Assembly: GCA_024137785.1 (NCBI GenBank)
Contig: JAHRHZ010000266.1
Coordinates: 41,259,940-41,323,939, forward strand
Origin: Ginglymostoma cirratum
Lineage: Eukaryota
Direction: 5' to 3'
Length of the DNA stretch: 64,000 bases
In this document: one piece after another, positions 39,310 through 52,917 of the stretch
Numbering within the stretch: the stretch's first letter is position 1
Layout of the letters: every line of letters starts with the position of its first letter
Translations under genes and position numbers: made by a program
The notes under the pieces: generated by a model
The model's input: the letters and a program-made list of their open reading frames with translations, nothing else
What the model was told of the DNA's origin: nothing
The model's database searches: none

Positions 39310-39665
39310 TGGTAGGAATTTCACCCCAGAGTCAGAGGTTTGTGCATTTAAGTTCCACTGCAGTGATTTGAGAAAAGAAATCTAGGTTGACTATCCAATG
39401 TTGCACTGATGGAATACTGTACCGTTAGTGGTACAATCTTTCAGGGGAGTTGGGTTCCCTATCAGGTGGATGTAAAGCAAAAAAGCTCTCTCCAGTTCCC
39501 AAAAAAAATCTATTCCACAACCGTCATCACTAAAATAAATTTTGTAATTATCACATTTCTATTTGTGGGACATTAGTGTGTACAAAACAGCTGGCACATT
39601 TCCTGCAACAGTGACTGCACTTAAAAATACCTCAATAGCTGTAAACAGTTTTAGATATCTTAAGA
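39310..39665 (+). mobile_element. Degraded DeuSINE copy
   Basis: TCAGGTGGATGTAAA, ATCACATTTCTATTTGTGGGA, CAACAGTGACTGCACTTAAAA are similar to 30355-30810. Confidence 0.6.
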
Positions 39666-40639
39666 TCTTTTTTGGTTGAATTATTTTTTGGCTCTCCCTT
39701 CAGATCATTAACCCCTGTCCCAAGCTACCGATTAACCCATCATTCCCTATCAGTTTCCCCTCTCGTGTTGACCCATGAGCCCCCATTCACTTACATTGCT
39801 CCCAGGCAGCCAATCGTTCCTCTGAACATATAATTCAAAGGCTGTGTGCTGCTGTCAACCATTTATTCCTTGTCTAGAGCAGCTATTTCTGCTTAGTTCT
39901 CACCTAGGGTGGAAGGATTTGGAAGGTAGCAACAAAATAGCTGTCAGATTCTTAAAGAAACAAAACTGAAAGCTGATGAGAAACCAGCAAAGCTGCCCGA
40001 ATTTTGTAAGCAACATTTCTCTCTCACACAGTTTCTGAGTACAATCTTCCTATTGGTTTTTATATTGTATTGGCCTTTTTTAAAAACTCTATTACCAATT
40101 AATTAGATATGCCTTTTCTATGTTTTTCTACAATCTCTACAATCAGAAACTTCTGTAGGTGGCCTCATGCTGATGTGGTTGTTGAGGTCTTGTCACAGGT
40201 GTGAAGTTAGCAGCATCAAGGGAACTTGGTCCTACAACAGGAGGCTGAAACTGAGGCAAAGATAGGGCATGGATGAGTAATTCATTTTAGGAAGTTAATT
40301 GCGTGTGTGCACATGTGCATGTGTGCGTGCGTACGTGCACCAGGCTGAAAGTTCATTGAGGGAAGCAAATACTCTTGTATTGGCCCTGTCCTCAACAGCA
40401 GCAGTAGTTATAACATCTTTGGTCAATCATCACCACTAACCCTCTCACCAATCATGCAAGAATTTATGCACGCATTCCTATGGGATATCAACATATTTCC
40501 AACAACAATTTACTGAAAAATCTGCAAATTAGCAATTATTCACCATTGTATCTTTCTTGAGGAACCTTTTCATTGTGTTCAGTCCAAAACCATTATTGCA
40601 TAACAGCTATAGTTACTTAATATTAAGTTTTGTGATTCG

Positions 40640-41130
40640 GTGGAATCAGGTACAGTTACAACATTTAAAAGACATTCGGATAAATACATGAATAGAAAAC
40701 ATTTGGAAGGATATGGGCCAAACGCAGGCAAGTGGGACTAGTTTGGTTTGGAACATGGTTGGCATGGTCTAGTTGGGTCGAAGCATCTGTTTCCATACTG
40801 TATGACTCCAAGACTCTAAAGATCTTCTGATAGCAGGGGCTACAGCTAGCATTTGTTCATTTGTATAAGACATCAATTCGACTTTCTATCCAAACATCTT
40901 TGAAATAAACGATATTCTTTACCTTTATTTTTTCATGGAATATGGGAATCACTGGCAATACCATCATTTGCTGCCTATCCATAATTGCCAGGAATACTTG
41001 AATAGGAAGGGTTTAGAGGGATATGGGCCAAATGTGGGCAAATGGAAATAAGGTCAGATTGGTATGTCTAGTTACTACAGACAAGTTGGACTGAAGGGTC
41101 TGTTTCCACGCTGTATGACTCTATGACTCT
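40640..41130 (+). mobile_element. Two CR1 family A 3' tails with a LINE B scrap between them
   Basis: GGATATGGGCCAAA...CTGTTTCCA...CTGTATGACTC occurs twice. Confidence 0.8.
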
Positions 41131-41354
41131 AAATTGCAACTAATCACAAATGAACTGTAAGGGAATCTCAAGCAACAAACAAAAATTAAAACACTCCAAG
41201 GAGATACAAAAAACTTCCCATCAAAAATCAGTATTTAGTAAGCTGCAACCAATGAGGCAACAACCGAAATGGGAAAATAATCATAGTACTTTTGAAAAAA
41301 CATGCAGCTGTTACCTACTGCCGGATAAACGGGAAGAATTTTCAACTCCATCTA

Positions 41355-42360
41355 ATAGAGTAATAGAGTTATACAGCATAGAAACAGATCCTTCGGTCCA
41401 ACCAGTCCATGCCAACCATAATCCCAAACTAACCAGTCCCATCTGCCTGTGTTTGGCCCATATCTCTCCAAACATTTGTTACTCATGTACTTATCCAAAT
41501 GTCTTTCAAAGGATGTAACTGTGCCCACATACACTATCTCCTCTGGAAGTTCATTCTACACATGTGTAAAAATACTGCCCCTCATGTCTTTTTAAGTCTT
41601 TCATCTCTCACCTTAGGGAAAAGACACCTGCCATTCACGTTATCTATACTCATCATGATTTTATAAACATCGATAAGATCACCCCTCTACCTCTCACGCT
41701 CCAGTGAAAGAAGTCCCAGCCTATCCAGCCTCTCCTTATAACTCAAGACGTTCATTCCCAGCAATATTCTAGTAAATCTCTTCTGAACCCTCTCCAGCTT
41801 AATAATATCCTTCCTATAACAGCATCACCAGAACTGGACACAATACTTCAGAAGAGGCCTCACCAACATCTTTGTACAACCTCAACATAACATCCCAACC
41901 CCTATACTCAAAGATCTGAGCAATGACAACAAGTGTGCTAAACACCTTTCTAACCACCCTGCCTATATGTGACAAGAACTTCAAAGAACTGTGTACCTGA
42001 AAATCTCTAGGTCTCTCTATTCTACAACACTACCCAAGGTCCTACTTTTAACTGTAAAAGTATTGCTCTTGTTTGTTTTACCAAATTGCATTACCTCACG
42101 TTTATCCAAATTAAACTCCATCTGCCACTCTTCAGTCCATTGTCCCAATTGATCAAGATCTCTTTGTAATTTCTTCATTGTCCCCTATAGCACCAATTCT
42201 GGTGTTGTTCACAAACTTACAAACCATGCCTTCCATATTCTCATCTAAATCAGTCATATAAATGACAAACAAAACTGGACCTGGCACCAGTCCCTGTGGA
42301 ACACCACTGGTAATAGGCCTCCAGTCCAAAAAACAATCCTTCACCATCACTCTATATCTC
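41355..42360 (-). mobile_element. CR1 family A ~1 kb copy
   Basis: ORF DWRPITSGVPQGLVPGPVLFVIYMTDLDENMEGMVCKF; FERHLDKYM tail region. Confidence 0.9.
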
Positions 42361-42364
42361 CGAT

Positions 42365-43260
42365 CACCAGTTTCAAGGATGTTGACTCCACCCGCAGTTG
42401 TGAGTCTGACATTACTGAAGACACCAGTAGTAACCTTCACAGGATGATTTTGGACACCCTTGGTCTGCTGCCAACAGGTACACAGGAACCAGGACACCCA
42501 CAGTCTGCAGCTCTACCTTCTCTTGAGGTGACAATGAGTTTGCGAAAGCGCCCTCCCAATATCTTCAACAAATATTCTGTAAGACTGATGAACTTCTGCT
42601 TGAAGAGATGAAATGTACCCGTGTGCAGAAGTTGGAGAAGGAGTGTCAGGAACGGAAATGCAACTTCCCACATTTTTAAATTTCGGATAAACAAATAGTC
42701 CCTCCTGTTGATGAAGCTTATTGTTGGTATCCTAGTCCAGAGCATGTTGCTACTCTATTGTCAACTTCAATTCAGCTTCTGATGCAGATGTGACTGAACT
42801 TTGTGTTCTTGGTTAAAAACAAAGTGACCATCTTGGATCTTAACTCAGTGCAAAGATGGTAACTTTATGCGGAAGATTGCCACTTTTTCTGGGAAGATGA
42901 TGAAGAGGCACAGAACAGTGTGACTGTTGCTGAAGACATCATTGAGGAATACCTAGTATTTGATCGCAGAGAGCTGGAAGGCAACAACTGTGAGAAGAAG
43001 TTGGGTCCTACGTTGCAATACGAAAGCAGACTGGGGCTCCATGAGTCACTGCAGGAGAAATATAATTATGGCAGAACTTTTTGACAAGGTGTGACTGGAA
43101 GCCCTGAATTGTATGGAGGAGCTGACCCAGAAGCACTGGGAAGGGCACATTTCAGATGTAGAGAAGTGCACTGCCACAGATGAAAGCGCAGGAATTGAGC
43201 CAAATATTTGTTCTTCCCTCTTGAACTGCAGTTATCACAAGTGTGAGTGCCAGATTTGAG
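42365..43260 (+). pseudogene. FAM149B1: Processed pseudogene fragment of FAM149B1-like (FAM149/DUF3719 family)
   Basis: From 42461: WSAANRYTGTRTPTVCSSTFS*GDNEFAKAPSQYLQQIFCKTDELLLEE...LEKECQERKCNFPHF*ISDKQIVPP; then SVTVAEDIIEEYLVFD and ELFDKV*LEALNCMEELTQKHWEG. These match recalled FAM149B1 blocks (YTG..STEGSSDFSWG, IDELLYE..LQEECQQW..FPHLRILGRQI, VSEGIIEEYLAFD, VFDSVW..CMEQLTRSHWEG). Stops at 42524 and 42677, frameshifts, no introns. Confidence 0.85.
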
Positions 43261-43559
43261 CATTTATTCAAAAAAATCTCAGCATACATCCAATGTCAAG
43301 CAGCGAACAGAGGAGCAGTGAAGGGTAACAAGAAGAAGAGGGAAAGATGAACTCTATTGCAGTAAAATCTTGTATTACATTCAGTGTTTCAAGATGTTGC
43401 CACAGCATGGCGACACATTATTCCTGACTTTCAATCCCTTTGCAATAAAGTCCAATATGCCGGTTACTGTCCTAAAATGTTTCACAACTTTCAAACAATT
43501 CTGGTTTTCTATTCTTATACCAAAGTGACTAATCTCACAGATACCTACATTACCACACA

Positions 43560-44260
43560 ATCACAGAATTATTACAACGCAGGAGAGTATTCAGTTTGCC
43601 GTCTCTGTGCTGAGTCTTTGTAGGGGCAATTTACACAATGACGGGCCCCCTCTCCCCAACATTCTCACCATATCTCTGCATATTCTTCCTTTGCAGATGA
43701 TAATCCAATTCCCTTTTAAATGCCTCAACTAAACTTACCTCCAGCATGCACTCAGGATCACTTCAGAACCTAACCGATCGTTGTATTAAAGAGTTTTTCC
43801 TTATGTTGCTATTGCTTCTTTTGCCAATTATTGTTTACTGACCGCATTCTTCAGACAAAAACAAGAACCACTTCACACTTCCCTGCATGAAACTTAATCT
43901 TCCGATTGTCTGTCTACTCAACTAAATTGTCCCTGTCCTTTTGAAATTCTACACCATCTTCGTCACAGTTGACAATGCTGTCAGGTTTTGTACTATCCAC
44001 AGAATTTAAAATTGTACCTTGCACACCAAGGTCTTGGTCAATAATACATATCAAGAAGAGCAAGAAACTCCACATCAAACCGTGGGGTACTTCGTTGCAA
44101 TCCTTCCTCCAATCTGAAAAATACCCATTAACCATATTCTCTATTTCCTGTCACTCATGCCAATTCCATATCCATGTTGCTGCCATCCTGTTTATTCCAT
44201 GAGCTGTAACTTTGCCCATATGTCTATTGTACAACACTTTAACAAATGCCTTCTGAACAT
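43560..44260 (-). mobile_element. CR1 family A fragments
   Basis: ORF VNGYFSDWRKDCNEVPHG...LFLICIIDQDLGVQGTI. Confidence 0.75.
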
Positions 44261-44989
44261 TGCCACAACTCAACGTTCCAGGAAAAAATATGATTCTGTT
44301 CTCGGAAAAATGCAATATTGCATGGAACTCCTAATGAGCTCCAGGAAACATGAATTTTAAAACTTCAGTCGTCTCTTTGCACAGTCTCCTCTGTCTAAAA
44401 CATTATCTTCTTTTTGTCAATCTACAGTCCAAAAACAAAGGCAACTAAAAACAAAAGTTCTATTTATAAAATCCATGCACACAACATGAACAGTGTTGTC
44501 TTTATCAACCTCATCTGGTATCTCTGCAAAATCTCCACCAAGTTAATAAACTTTCTACGTTCAGCCCGGTTCATGGTTGTATTGTCCACCCAATATCTGT
44601 CAGAAGCATACATTTTCATGTCTTCTGCCATCCAGGGAATGATGGATTTAACTTGCCTGCCATTCCTCTTCAGAGGAGTATGTTCTTATTGCACCCAAAC
44701 TTTCTGAAGGCCACCCTTTACTCAGATTCTTTTTTGTATGTGAACTTTGCCAAATACATTCTCACCCTTTTGAATTGTCTTTCTGCCCAGTTAATTATGC
44801 CTATTCCAGACTGTTATTTGCCCATATCCAACGAAAACATGGTATAATCGTCGTCATCCCCTAAATGTTACCCGACTGACATTTGATTCAGTTGGGCCCT
44901 TCCAAATATAAGACATTGCAGGGTTGACAGGGCTTGGTTTTGCTTTGATATGCTTGATGCTTAGGTTGACCTCTGGCAGCCTATGCAAC

Positions 44990-45340
44990 TTCATTCCCGT
45001 GTTTAGGCTTTGTAGTGGTTTTTGACACAACGTAGTGACTTGCTAGGCAATTTCAGGGGCCATTTAAGAGTTGACCACATCTTTTTGTGGGTTTGGAGTC
45101 ACTTGTAGACCAAACATGGTAAGCATTGTAGGTTTCCTTCTCCAAAGGACCAAATAGGGTTATATGACAATTGACAATTTGAACAGTCTTCTTTGGTCAA
45201 CATTAGGCTAGCTTTTTAAATTCCAGGTATTACCGAATTTGAAATTCTTTCATGATGAGATTCAAGTCCATCTCCATAGAGCATTAGCTAGTCCTTTGGA
45301 TTACTAGTTGAGTGACATCACTACTATGTCACCTCCTCGC
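44990..45340 (-). mobile_element. tRNA-headed SINE (same family as 14677-15005)
   Basis: TGTGGGTTTGGAGTCACTTGTAGACCA and GGTTTCCTTCTCCAAAGGAC are reverse complements of motifs at 14860-14925. Confidence 0.65.
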
Positions 45341-45399
45341 CTGTATAAGATGCATCTAAGCAAAGACAGCGTTGTGAGTGGCCATCACACAGTAGTTGT

Positions 45400-47525
45400 G
45401 GTCAGCAAGTCTTCACATTGAGGATACCCTCCGTTGTGTTTTATGGCACTAACACCATGCTAAGCAGGGCAGACTTCAAATAAGTCTTGCAATGTCAAAC
45501 TGGGCATCTAAGAGGTGCTGTGGCCTATCAGTCGCAGCACAATTGTATTCAGCCATGATCTATTATCTGGCTTAGCATATCTCCCACATTCCAATCATGA
45601 TCAAGGCAGAAGATCACACCTACTCAATGAATAGTGAAGGAGGCCATTTCAGCAGTAGCACCAGACATACCTAAAAATGACGTGTCAAACTGGTGAAGCT
45701 ATACATGCTACATTGTGGAAACAGTGTGCGATAGACAGGGCTACTCAATCCCACAATTAATGGATCAGATCCCAGCTCCGCAGTCTTGCCACAGCCAATT
45801 GAGAGTGGTGGTGGATAACTAAGCAATAAACAATAGGTGAGGATTCCACAAACATCCCCATCCTTATTGATGGGCGTGATCAGCACATAAGTGCAAAAGG
45901 CAAAGCAGATTCACTTGTATCGATTTTCAGCCAGAAGTGTCAACTGGATGATCCATTTCAGCCACCATCTGAGGGACCCTGCAATTACAGTCTTCAACCA
46001 TGTTGATTCACTCCATGTGATATCAAGAAACACCTGAAAGTGCCGAATATTGCAAACACTGTAGGCTCTGACGGTATTCCTGATAGAGTATTGAAAATTT
46101 GTGCTCCAGAACTAATTCCACCACTATCCAGTACAATTATAACACTGGCATCTATGCAACAATGCAGAAAACTGCCGAGCCATGCTCTGTCCACAGAAGC
46201 AGGACAAATCTAGCTCAGCCAATTACCACCTTATCAGTCTACTCTCATTCATCAGCAAGATGACAGAAATGGTCATTAACAATGCTAATAAGCTCTATTT
46301 GCTAAGTAATAAGCTGCCCACTATTGATCACTTTGGGTTCTGCCAAAGTAATTTGGCTCCTGGCCTCATTACAGACTTAGTCCAGAAAAGAAATAAAGAG
46401 CTGAGCTCCAGAGATGAGGTGATAGTGACCACCCTGGATATCGTGGTAGCATTTGACTGAAACTGGCATCAAGGAGCCTTATCAAAACTGGATTAATTGA
46501 AATTCACGAGAAAACTCTCTGCTAATTGGAGTCTATCTACCTCCAAGGAAATAGCTGTGGTTACTGAAGATCAACCATCTCAGTCCATGAACATCACTGC
46601 AGGAGTTCCTCAGCTGCTTCATTTATAACTTCCATTCATTATGAGGTAAGAAATGGGTATGTCCACAGATTCATGCACACTGTACAGAATCATTTGCAAC
46701 TCCTCAGATACTGAAGCAGCTAGTGTTCATTTGCAGCAAGACCTAGATAATATCCAGGTTTAAGATGATAAGTAAGGTCTAACATTTGTGCCACATTTGT
46801 CAGGCTATGGCCTTCTCCAAAAAGAGACAATCTAACCATCACCCCTTGACAATCAATGACATTTGCTGAAACCACCGCAATTAACATCCTTAGGGCTACC
46901 ACTGACACCGGATTGGCCATATAAATTTTGTGGCTACAAAAGGTCAGAGGCTAGGAATTCCATGATGAATACCTCACCTCCTGACTCTCCAATCCCTGTC
47001 TAATATGTAGAAGGCAGAATTATGATGAAATATACTCCACTTGCCTAGATAGGTGCAGCTCCAACAATACTCCAGAAACTTGACGCTATCCAGGTCAAGG
47101 CAGGTGACTTGACTGGAATCTCATCCACTACCTTCTACCTTCAATCCTTTCTCCACTGACACACAGTGGCAGCAGTGACATCTACAAAATACACTGCCAT
47201 AACTCACCATGGCTATGCCAATAGCACATTCCAAACCCATGACCTCTAGCACCTAGAAAGACAAGCACAGCAATTGCATGGGAACACCACCACCTGTGAG
47301 GTCCATTCCAAGCCAAGCAATATCTTAAATTGGATCTGTAATACTGCTCCTTCTCCACCCCTGGGTCAAGTTCAGGGAACTCCCTGGCTAACGGCACATT
47401 GGGTGTACATCCCATAGTCTACAGCAGTTCAGAAATGTGGCTCAACACCATCCTCATAGGCGCAATTAGGGACGGGCAATAAATGTTGATTTAGCCAGCA
47501 ACACCAATTTCCCATGAATGAATAC
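45400..47525 (+). mobile_element. CR1/L2-group LINE family B, ~2.1 kb copy
   Basis: ORF KQDKSSSANYHLISLLSFISKMTE...HFGFCQ...TTLDIVVAFD; 3' tail GGGCAATAAATG...CCCATGAATGAATA. Confidence 0.85.
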
Positions 47526-48999
47526 AGAAACGTATGTTAGACTCTATTTGCCATTATGTTGTTCATTTGCTTAACATATCAATATTGCTCGGCAGCTGCT
47601 GTGTCCTCCTCACACATTATATATCCAGTTAACTTTTTATTTCAGTAAACATAATTACTTGCTGTCTCATCTAAATCAGTATTATAGATTGCAAATAGCA
47701 AAGATCCTAGCACTGATTTATGCTTGACAGCATTAGTCATAGTCTGTCAACTTGAAAATGCTCTGCTTATGCCTACAACATGCTTCCTGTCTATTAGCCA
47801 ATTGTCTATTATTCTGATATATACCTCATGACACTTGAAGCACTGGAGTAGGTCACTGGCATGACTGCTACCCATTACTGTGCACTGCTTTCATTTAAGA
47901 GTATGAAGAAAGGGACTGGTCATATGTGCTTCCTTATTTGACAGTAAGAAAGTACATTCTACAGATATGTTTTCAACAGCTGTGATAGTAGAAACAATTC
48001 AGAGTGAGTTCCATGCTATACCCTACATCATGCGTGAGAGAGGCTAGTCACATCGTTCTTTACATAAAATATCTCTGCTATCATAGCTTTCTGACAAGAT
48101 TTTGCACTACATGTTGTGTTCAACCATTTCCTTATGCAGCCAAAGAATATCATTATACAACATTCTCTTCCTCAGATTCCTCTTGCATTCTCCTTTCCCA
48201 TCTTCTTCCTCTAATGAGCTGTCTTGTTCCAGGGCATTACTCTGCTCAAGGTTCACATTTTCTTTGGAAGTCCAAGATATGGAGACCTTGTCATTCGACC
48301 ACCATAATGAGCAAGGCCCTTAAGGATTGAGTTGGATGTTGACACCAAAGTTGCCATCAGACTAAGGCACCAAAGACTCATTTTCAGAAACCTCCTGGCA
48401 TGCACAATGATTGTCCCAGTGAATGGGTAGCACTGGTTACAACATCTGCATTCCTTTGCCTGGAGCTCTGGTGAAATTGTGTGTGGCTACTTCTTAAGGG
48501 ATACGCTTATCCTGTAGGATCTTTCTGCAATTTTTGAGCGGTGGAATGAAGAGCAGTGTCAGTCTGGACTGCATACAAGAATTGTAGTAGCTGTCAGGAA
48601 AGGAGGAAACTCTTATGGTTGTGGACTTATTGAATGGCTGAGGGAGTGCATATCCTTCTACTGATGAATCTCAAAAGGCACCTTGATGGCCACATGGGTG
48701 CAATAAATGATATCCTATACTTGGGGGGAGTCTAACGATACTGAACAAAAAACAACTGCCCTCTGTGCTGTGAGGCTGTATCTAATGTTAACTAAAGGTA
48801 CTATCCAGTCCTGGCAAATCAAGCATTAGTAACCAGCAAAATGCACTGAAGCTGCTGTTCTTGAAATGCCACCAGGGTGCCTAGGTGATCCTTGGAAGGA
48901 GCTAGAAGTGGTAGAGTTTAAGGACACTCTGACTGTTAAGACTATTGCTCATGGTAGAAGATCTTCAGCAATGGGGTCATAAATTTCTGAAACAAACGA

Positions 49000-49335
49000 C
49001 CGAGGAGAGGTGCAGCTTTCTGCAACATTCTCAGTAATCTCCTGATGAGAAAATCTGGAACAGGGGAGACCAATCTAAGGGTAAGGGCTGATGAAATACA
49101 ATCAGAGCAGTATAAATTCCTTCATTCAAAAGGATGTGAAACATAAGAATTCTCTGCCGAGGGGGTTACGGATACTCTACTGTTGAATATATTTAAAAAA
49201 CAGAGAAGGACAGATCCTTGGTGTCCCAGGAAATCAAAGGATATGGAGAGCAAGTGGCAATGTGAAGTTGAAGCCAAAAGTCAGTCATGATCACATAGAA
49301 TGGCAGAGCAGGTTGAGCTACATGGTTGTATACAG
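49000..49335 (+). mobile_element. CR1 family A 3' fragment
   Basis: GAATTCTCTGCC...GGAAATCAAAGGATATGGAGAG...GTCATGATCACATAGAATGGCAGAGCAGG. Confidence 0.65.
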
Positions 49336-51409
49336 TTCCATTTTGGTCACTAGATTCAATGGTGAGGGCATGACTCCTGCGATCTTCCCGCTCCTCATTT
49401 CTCACCCCTACCCTCATGGTGCCTGAGATGCTACCGTTTTATTGCCATCAGAGTCCAAACATGATAGTTCCGCTCCATTGCCAGCTGATGCCTTGAAATA
49501 TCATAATTATATCTGAGTACCATTATAAGCACTCAGATGCAATCTACGCCTAGATAGCAGCAGATTTGGACGCGATCTAAAATGTTACAGAACTTCAGTG
49601 ATACAAACCATAAGGCTCTAGTCAAGAAAAGTGAAGGTAGGAGGTACTGATTCTGCCAAGCCCACCTGTCATACATGCAACAGTGGAGGAAAAGAGTACT
49701 GAAATCCCGCATTCCAATAAGCGAAAAACAATTTTGCAAAACAGAGCTGGCAAAGTAGCATTTCAACAACTTTTCCTATCTTTCTTATCTATTGTACACA
49801 TTCAAGAAACTCCAGCATCTAAAGCAACAATGTAAAGTACCAACTTATTATGCTGAACTCTAGTGAGGAGTGCTTCCAACTCCCTATCCCATGCAGTTTC
49901 CTTTTCACAAGACTAAAAAAATCTTTTCCCCACCATATTACCAAAATATCACCACCACTTTCTCCACATCTCCCATGCCACTTGGCACAGATTCCTGAAT
50001 GCCAGTCTTATCCGTATTTATTTAGTTGTTTATCAGATAGTTTGCAATGCCACCAAAGACACATCAGCAGTTTGGGAAAACCTCACATTCCCTTGTAGGA
50101 TAGGCTGGACAGGTTAGAGGAATTCACCGAGTTATTGTGGTGGCAGATGGCAAGATTGACAACATCTTGTCAATGCCCAGGTAATAATTAAGCATCTACA
50201 TAGTCCTCCTGGCAGATCTCTGAAGTACCACACACCTACAACCTTGCATCTTCTTTAAATCTTACCTGAATCATGAGCGGTCATGCTCACACATTCTGGT
50301 CTTCTGCCATTCTTTCGTGCAAATTAACCATAGCAAAAGAGTATTTGGAGGAACAGGAAGATAATCATAAGTAGAAGGCTGACTATGGAAGCTCTTTAAT
50401 CCTCATAACACCTCATAACAGACAATTACTGTCAATAAATTCCCCACCAGTACTGCTTCAAACTGACTGAATAGTCCTCTGTCTCAATCTCTTGCTGTCG
50501 CACTTAATTCTTCTGCCTTAGGCACCACCTCAGAGACTTTAGAGTGAAATGGGTAGAGGCAATGAGGAATCAGCACAGGTGATCAAATAAGCATGTGAAA
50601 CAGATATTTTGGACGCCTCCATCATATTCCCAGAAGAAAAGTGGAATAAAGTTACTTCTGACTTTTCAGTTATACCAGGAGGCAGCAATCATAAAACGCA
50701 GTCTCACGTAAATTTGTACAAAATGAGGAGGCTCACCTATTCACAAGATCCTAACTCTTAAACAGTAATAGAATAGGGGATAGATAGACACTACTAAGCA
50801 TCAAAAGGAAGCATTGTGTTGGGAAGGACTTCAATAACCATTTCAACTGTACATTATAACAATGATAACTAGAATAATAGGAATAAATATGTTTTTTTTA
50901 ATTTATGTTTGCAGTTTGAAGGTTGAACTGCAGTATAACCGACTTGCATTGAAAACTTGTGTATAGGATAAGTAATTTAAAAATGTGCAACAATGTAAAA
51001 ATCATATAATAACTAAAATAAATTCAGCAACTCAAAAGTGCTGTTCACTATATTTAATTCCTTCATTGAGGACTTAAACTATATAAGAAATAGGGCCACA
51101 TCAGTACTTTTCCACCCTGTGTCTCATGCAGTTGAAATTAATCAAACTTCTGATTTACCTTGATTTTTCATGGATGTTGGGAGTAACCAACTCAGACATT
51201 GGGCAGACTGCTTGAGGGCTTTTCCAAATTTAGAATAAATATTAACACGGCTTGTCTGTAGAGTTTCAAGCTTTGTGACATGAACAGCATTGTCATACAC
51301 AACTGATATTGAGGGCCTAAGATTAATCTCAGTGCACACATCTGTACTCTTTTGATGTAGAAATTGATGTAGCCAGTGTAGATCAACAACACTCGAATAA
51401 AAGGGAAGA

Positions 51410-52305
51410 CACTGGCATAGTGCTAATAATCTAAAGGCAAGCTAATGCTCTGGGGGAAAAGAGAACTGAAAGAACTGCAGATGCTGGAAATCAGAAACAA
51501 AAGCAGAATTTGCTGGAAAAGCTCAGCAGGTCTGGCAGCTTCTGTGAAAAGGAATCAGAGTTAATGTTACGGGTCCAGTGACCCTTCCTCAGAACTGATG
51601 GTAGCTAGGAAAATATCAGTTTTTACATAGAAGATAGGGTGGCGGGAGTGGGTAAGGAGTAAATGATAAGTGGAGATAGAGCCCAAAGAGAAAGAAGGAC
51701 AGTTGGACAGACAAAGGAGTGGATAACGGTCAGGCTAGGAGGATGAATAGCTAATAATGGGGACTGTTAGTGTCTAACAATGGGCTGTGTGTAATAGCAG
51801 ACTACGTGATAACAAGGTCCAGAGTGTGGGAGTCGGAGTAAGGACATTGGAGAAGTTCAACCTCTGTAGTTGTTGAACTCGATACTGAGTCCAGAAGGGT
51901 GTAGAGTTTGAAAATGGAAAATGAGGTGCTGTCCTTCCAGTTTGCACTGAGCTTTGCTGGAGCACTGCAGCAAGCCTGAGACAGAGATGTTGGCCAGTGA
52001 ACAAGGTGGTGCTGTGGGGACATGGGTTCAAAATCACACAAGAGTAGCAAATTACATTTAAATTCAATAAAAAAACCAAGAATTATGACCATGCCAACAA
52101 TCACCTGTTACTAATGGCCTGAGAAGAAAATCTAATGCTGCTGTCACCTGATATGGCTTACATATGCCTTCAGATCCACAGAAATGTGTTTAATTCTTAA
52201 CCACTTCCTGAAATAGCTGAGAAAGTCACTCAGTTCGAGAACAATTAGTGATGGCCAAATGCTGACCTTTCTTGTGAGGGCCACATTCCATGAAAGAATA
52301 AAGAC
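51410..52305 (+). mobile_element. tRNA-headed SINE (LINE B tail family) split by a Penelope-like insertion
   Basis: Head TGGCATAGTG...GCTAATGCTCTGGGG resumes at GGGGACATGGGTTCAAA (B box, ~52016-52031); tail CCACATTCCATGAAAGAATAAA. Confidence 0.6.
51456..52009 (-). mobile_element. Penelope-like element 3' part (same family as 14194-15095)
   Basis: Collinear with 14197-14675 and 15007-15045; approximate TSD TGCT(C/G)TGGGG (51446-51455, 52010-52019); hammerhead core degenerate (GUAA-CAUU). Confidence 0.85.
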
Positions 52306-52917
52306 AAAAACTAAATTAGAGGAGAATTTTTGCTTTCTTATTCATGAAGATTGCAGAGATATGAAAGTGCTGACCCATTTGATGCTAGCTTACTCACAAG
52401 ATGAAAACTAACAAAATCCTGATGAGATAATGAAGCATGAAAGTTCTGTGGCAGGTCCTGCGGCAGAACCATTGGTTCAAGAGCCACTTTCATTTGCATG
52501 TGGGGAAAAACAGGTTAGGAATTAGACACAGAAGATAGCTAAGACTACCTGCCCTCCTTTGCCATCATGCAACTATGGTGCGTCCAAATGAATTATGAAC
52601 TGGTACCAATTTTATATATGCACAGATAGTGCTCCACCTAGCAGTGACATTGATCAAAAATGCAACTATTGATGTAAAGATCTTGATGAATTTTTAAGAA
52701 ATGCAAACCACAAATACATAAATATCTGATGTACTTCTCAAATACGGTTAACTTGATATCCAGCACAGTTAAAAGCAGCAGGACAAAATGGACAGCACCC
52801 AAAAGGAAATTACAACTGCTGGATACAAGTTTAAAAGCAATATTTTGATTCTGTGCGTTCTCACATTTCCCAACAGGATACTGGTCACAGCCTTTTTTGT
52901 CAAAATTCACTTGTTAG

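Noticed and set aside
40300-40340. 41-nt alternating purine-pyrimidine tract (Z-DNA-prone)
   Set aside because: Degenerate (GT/GC)n microsatellite, common in vertebrate introns.
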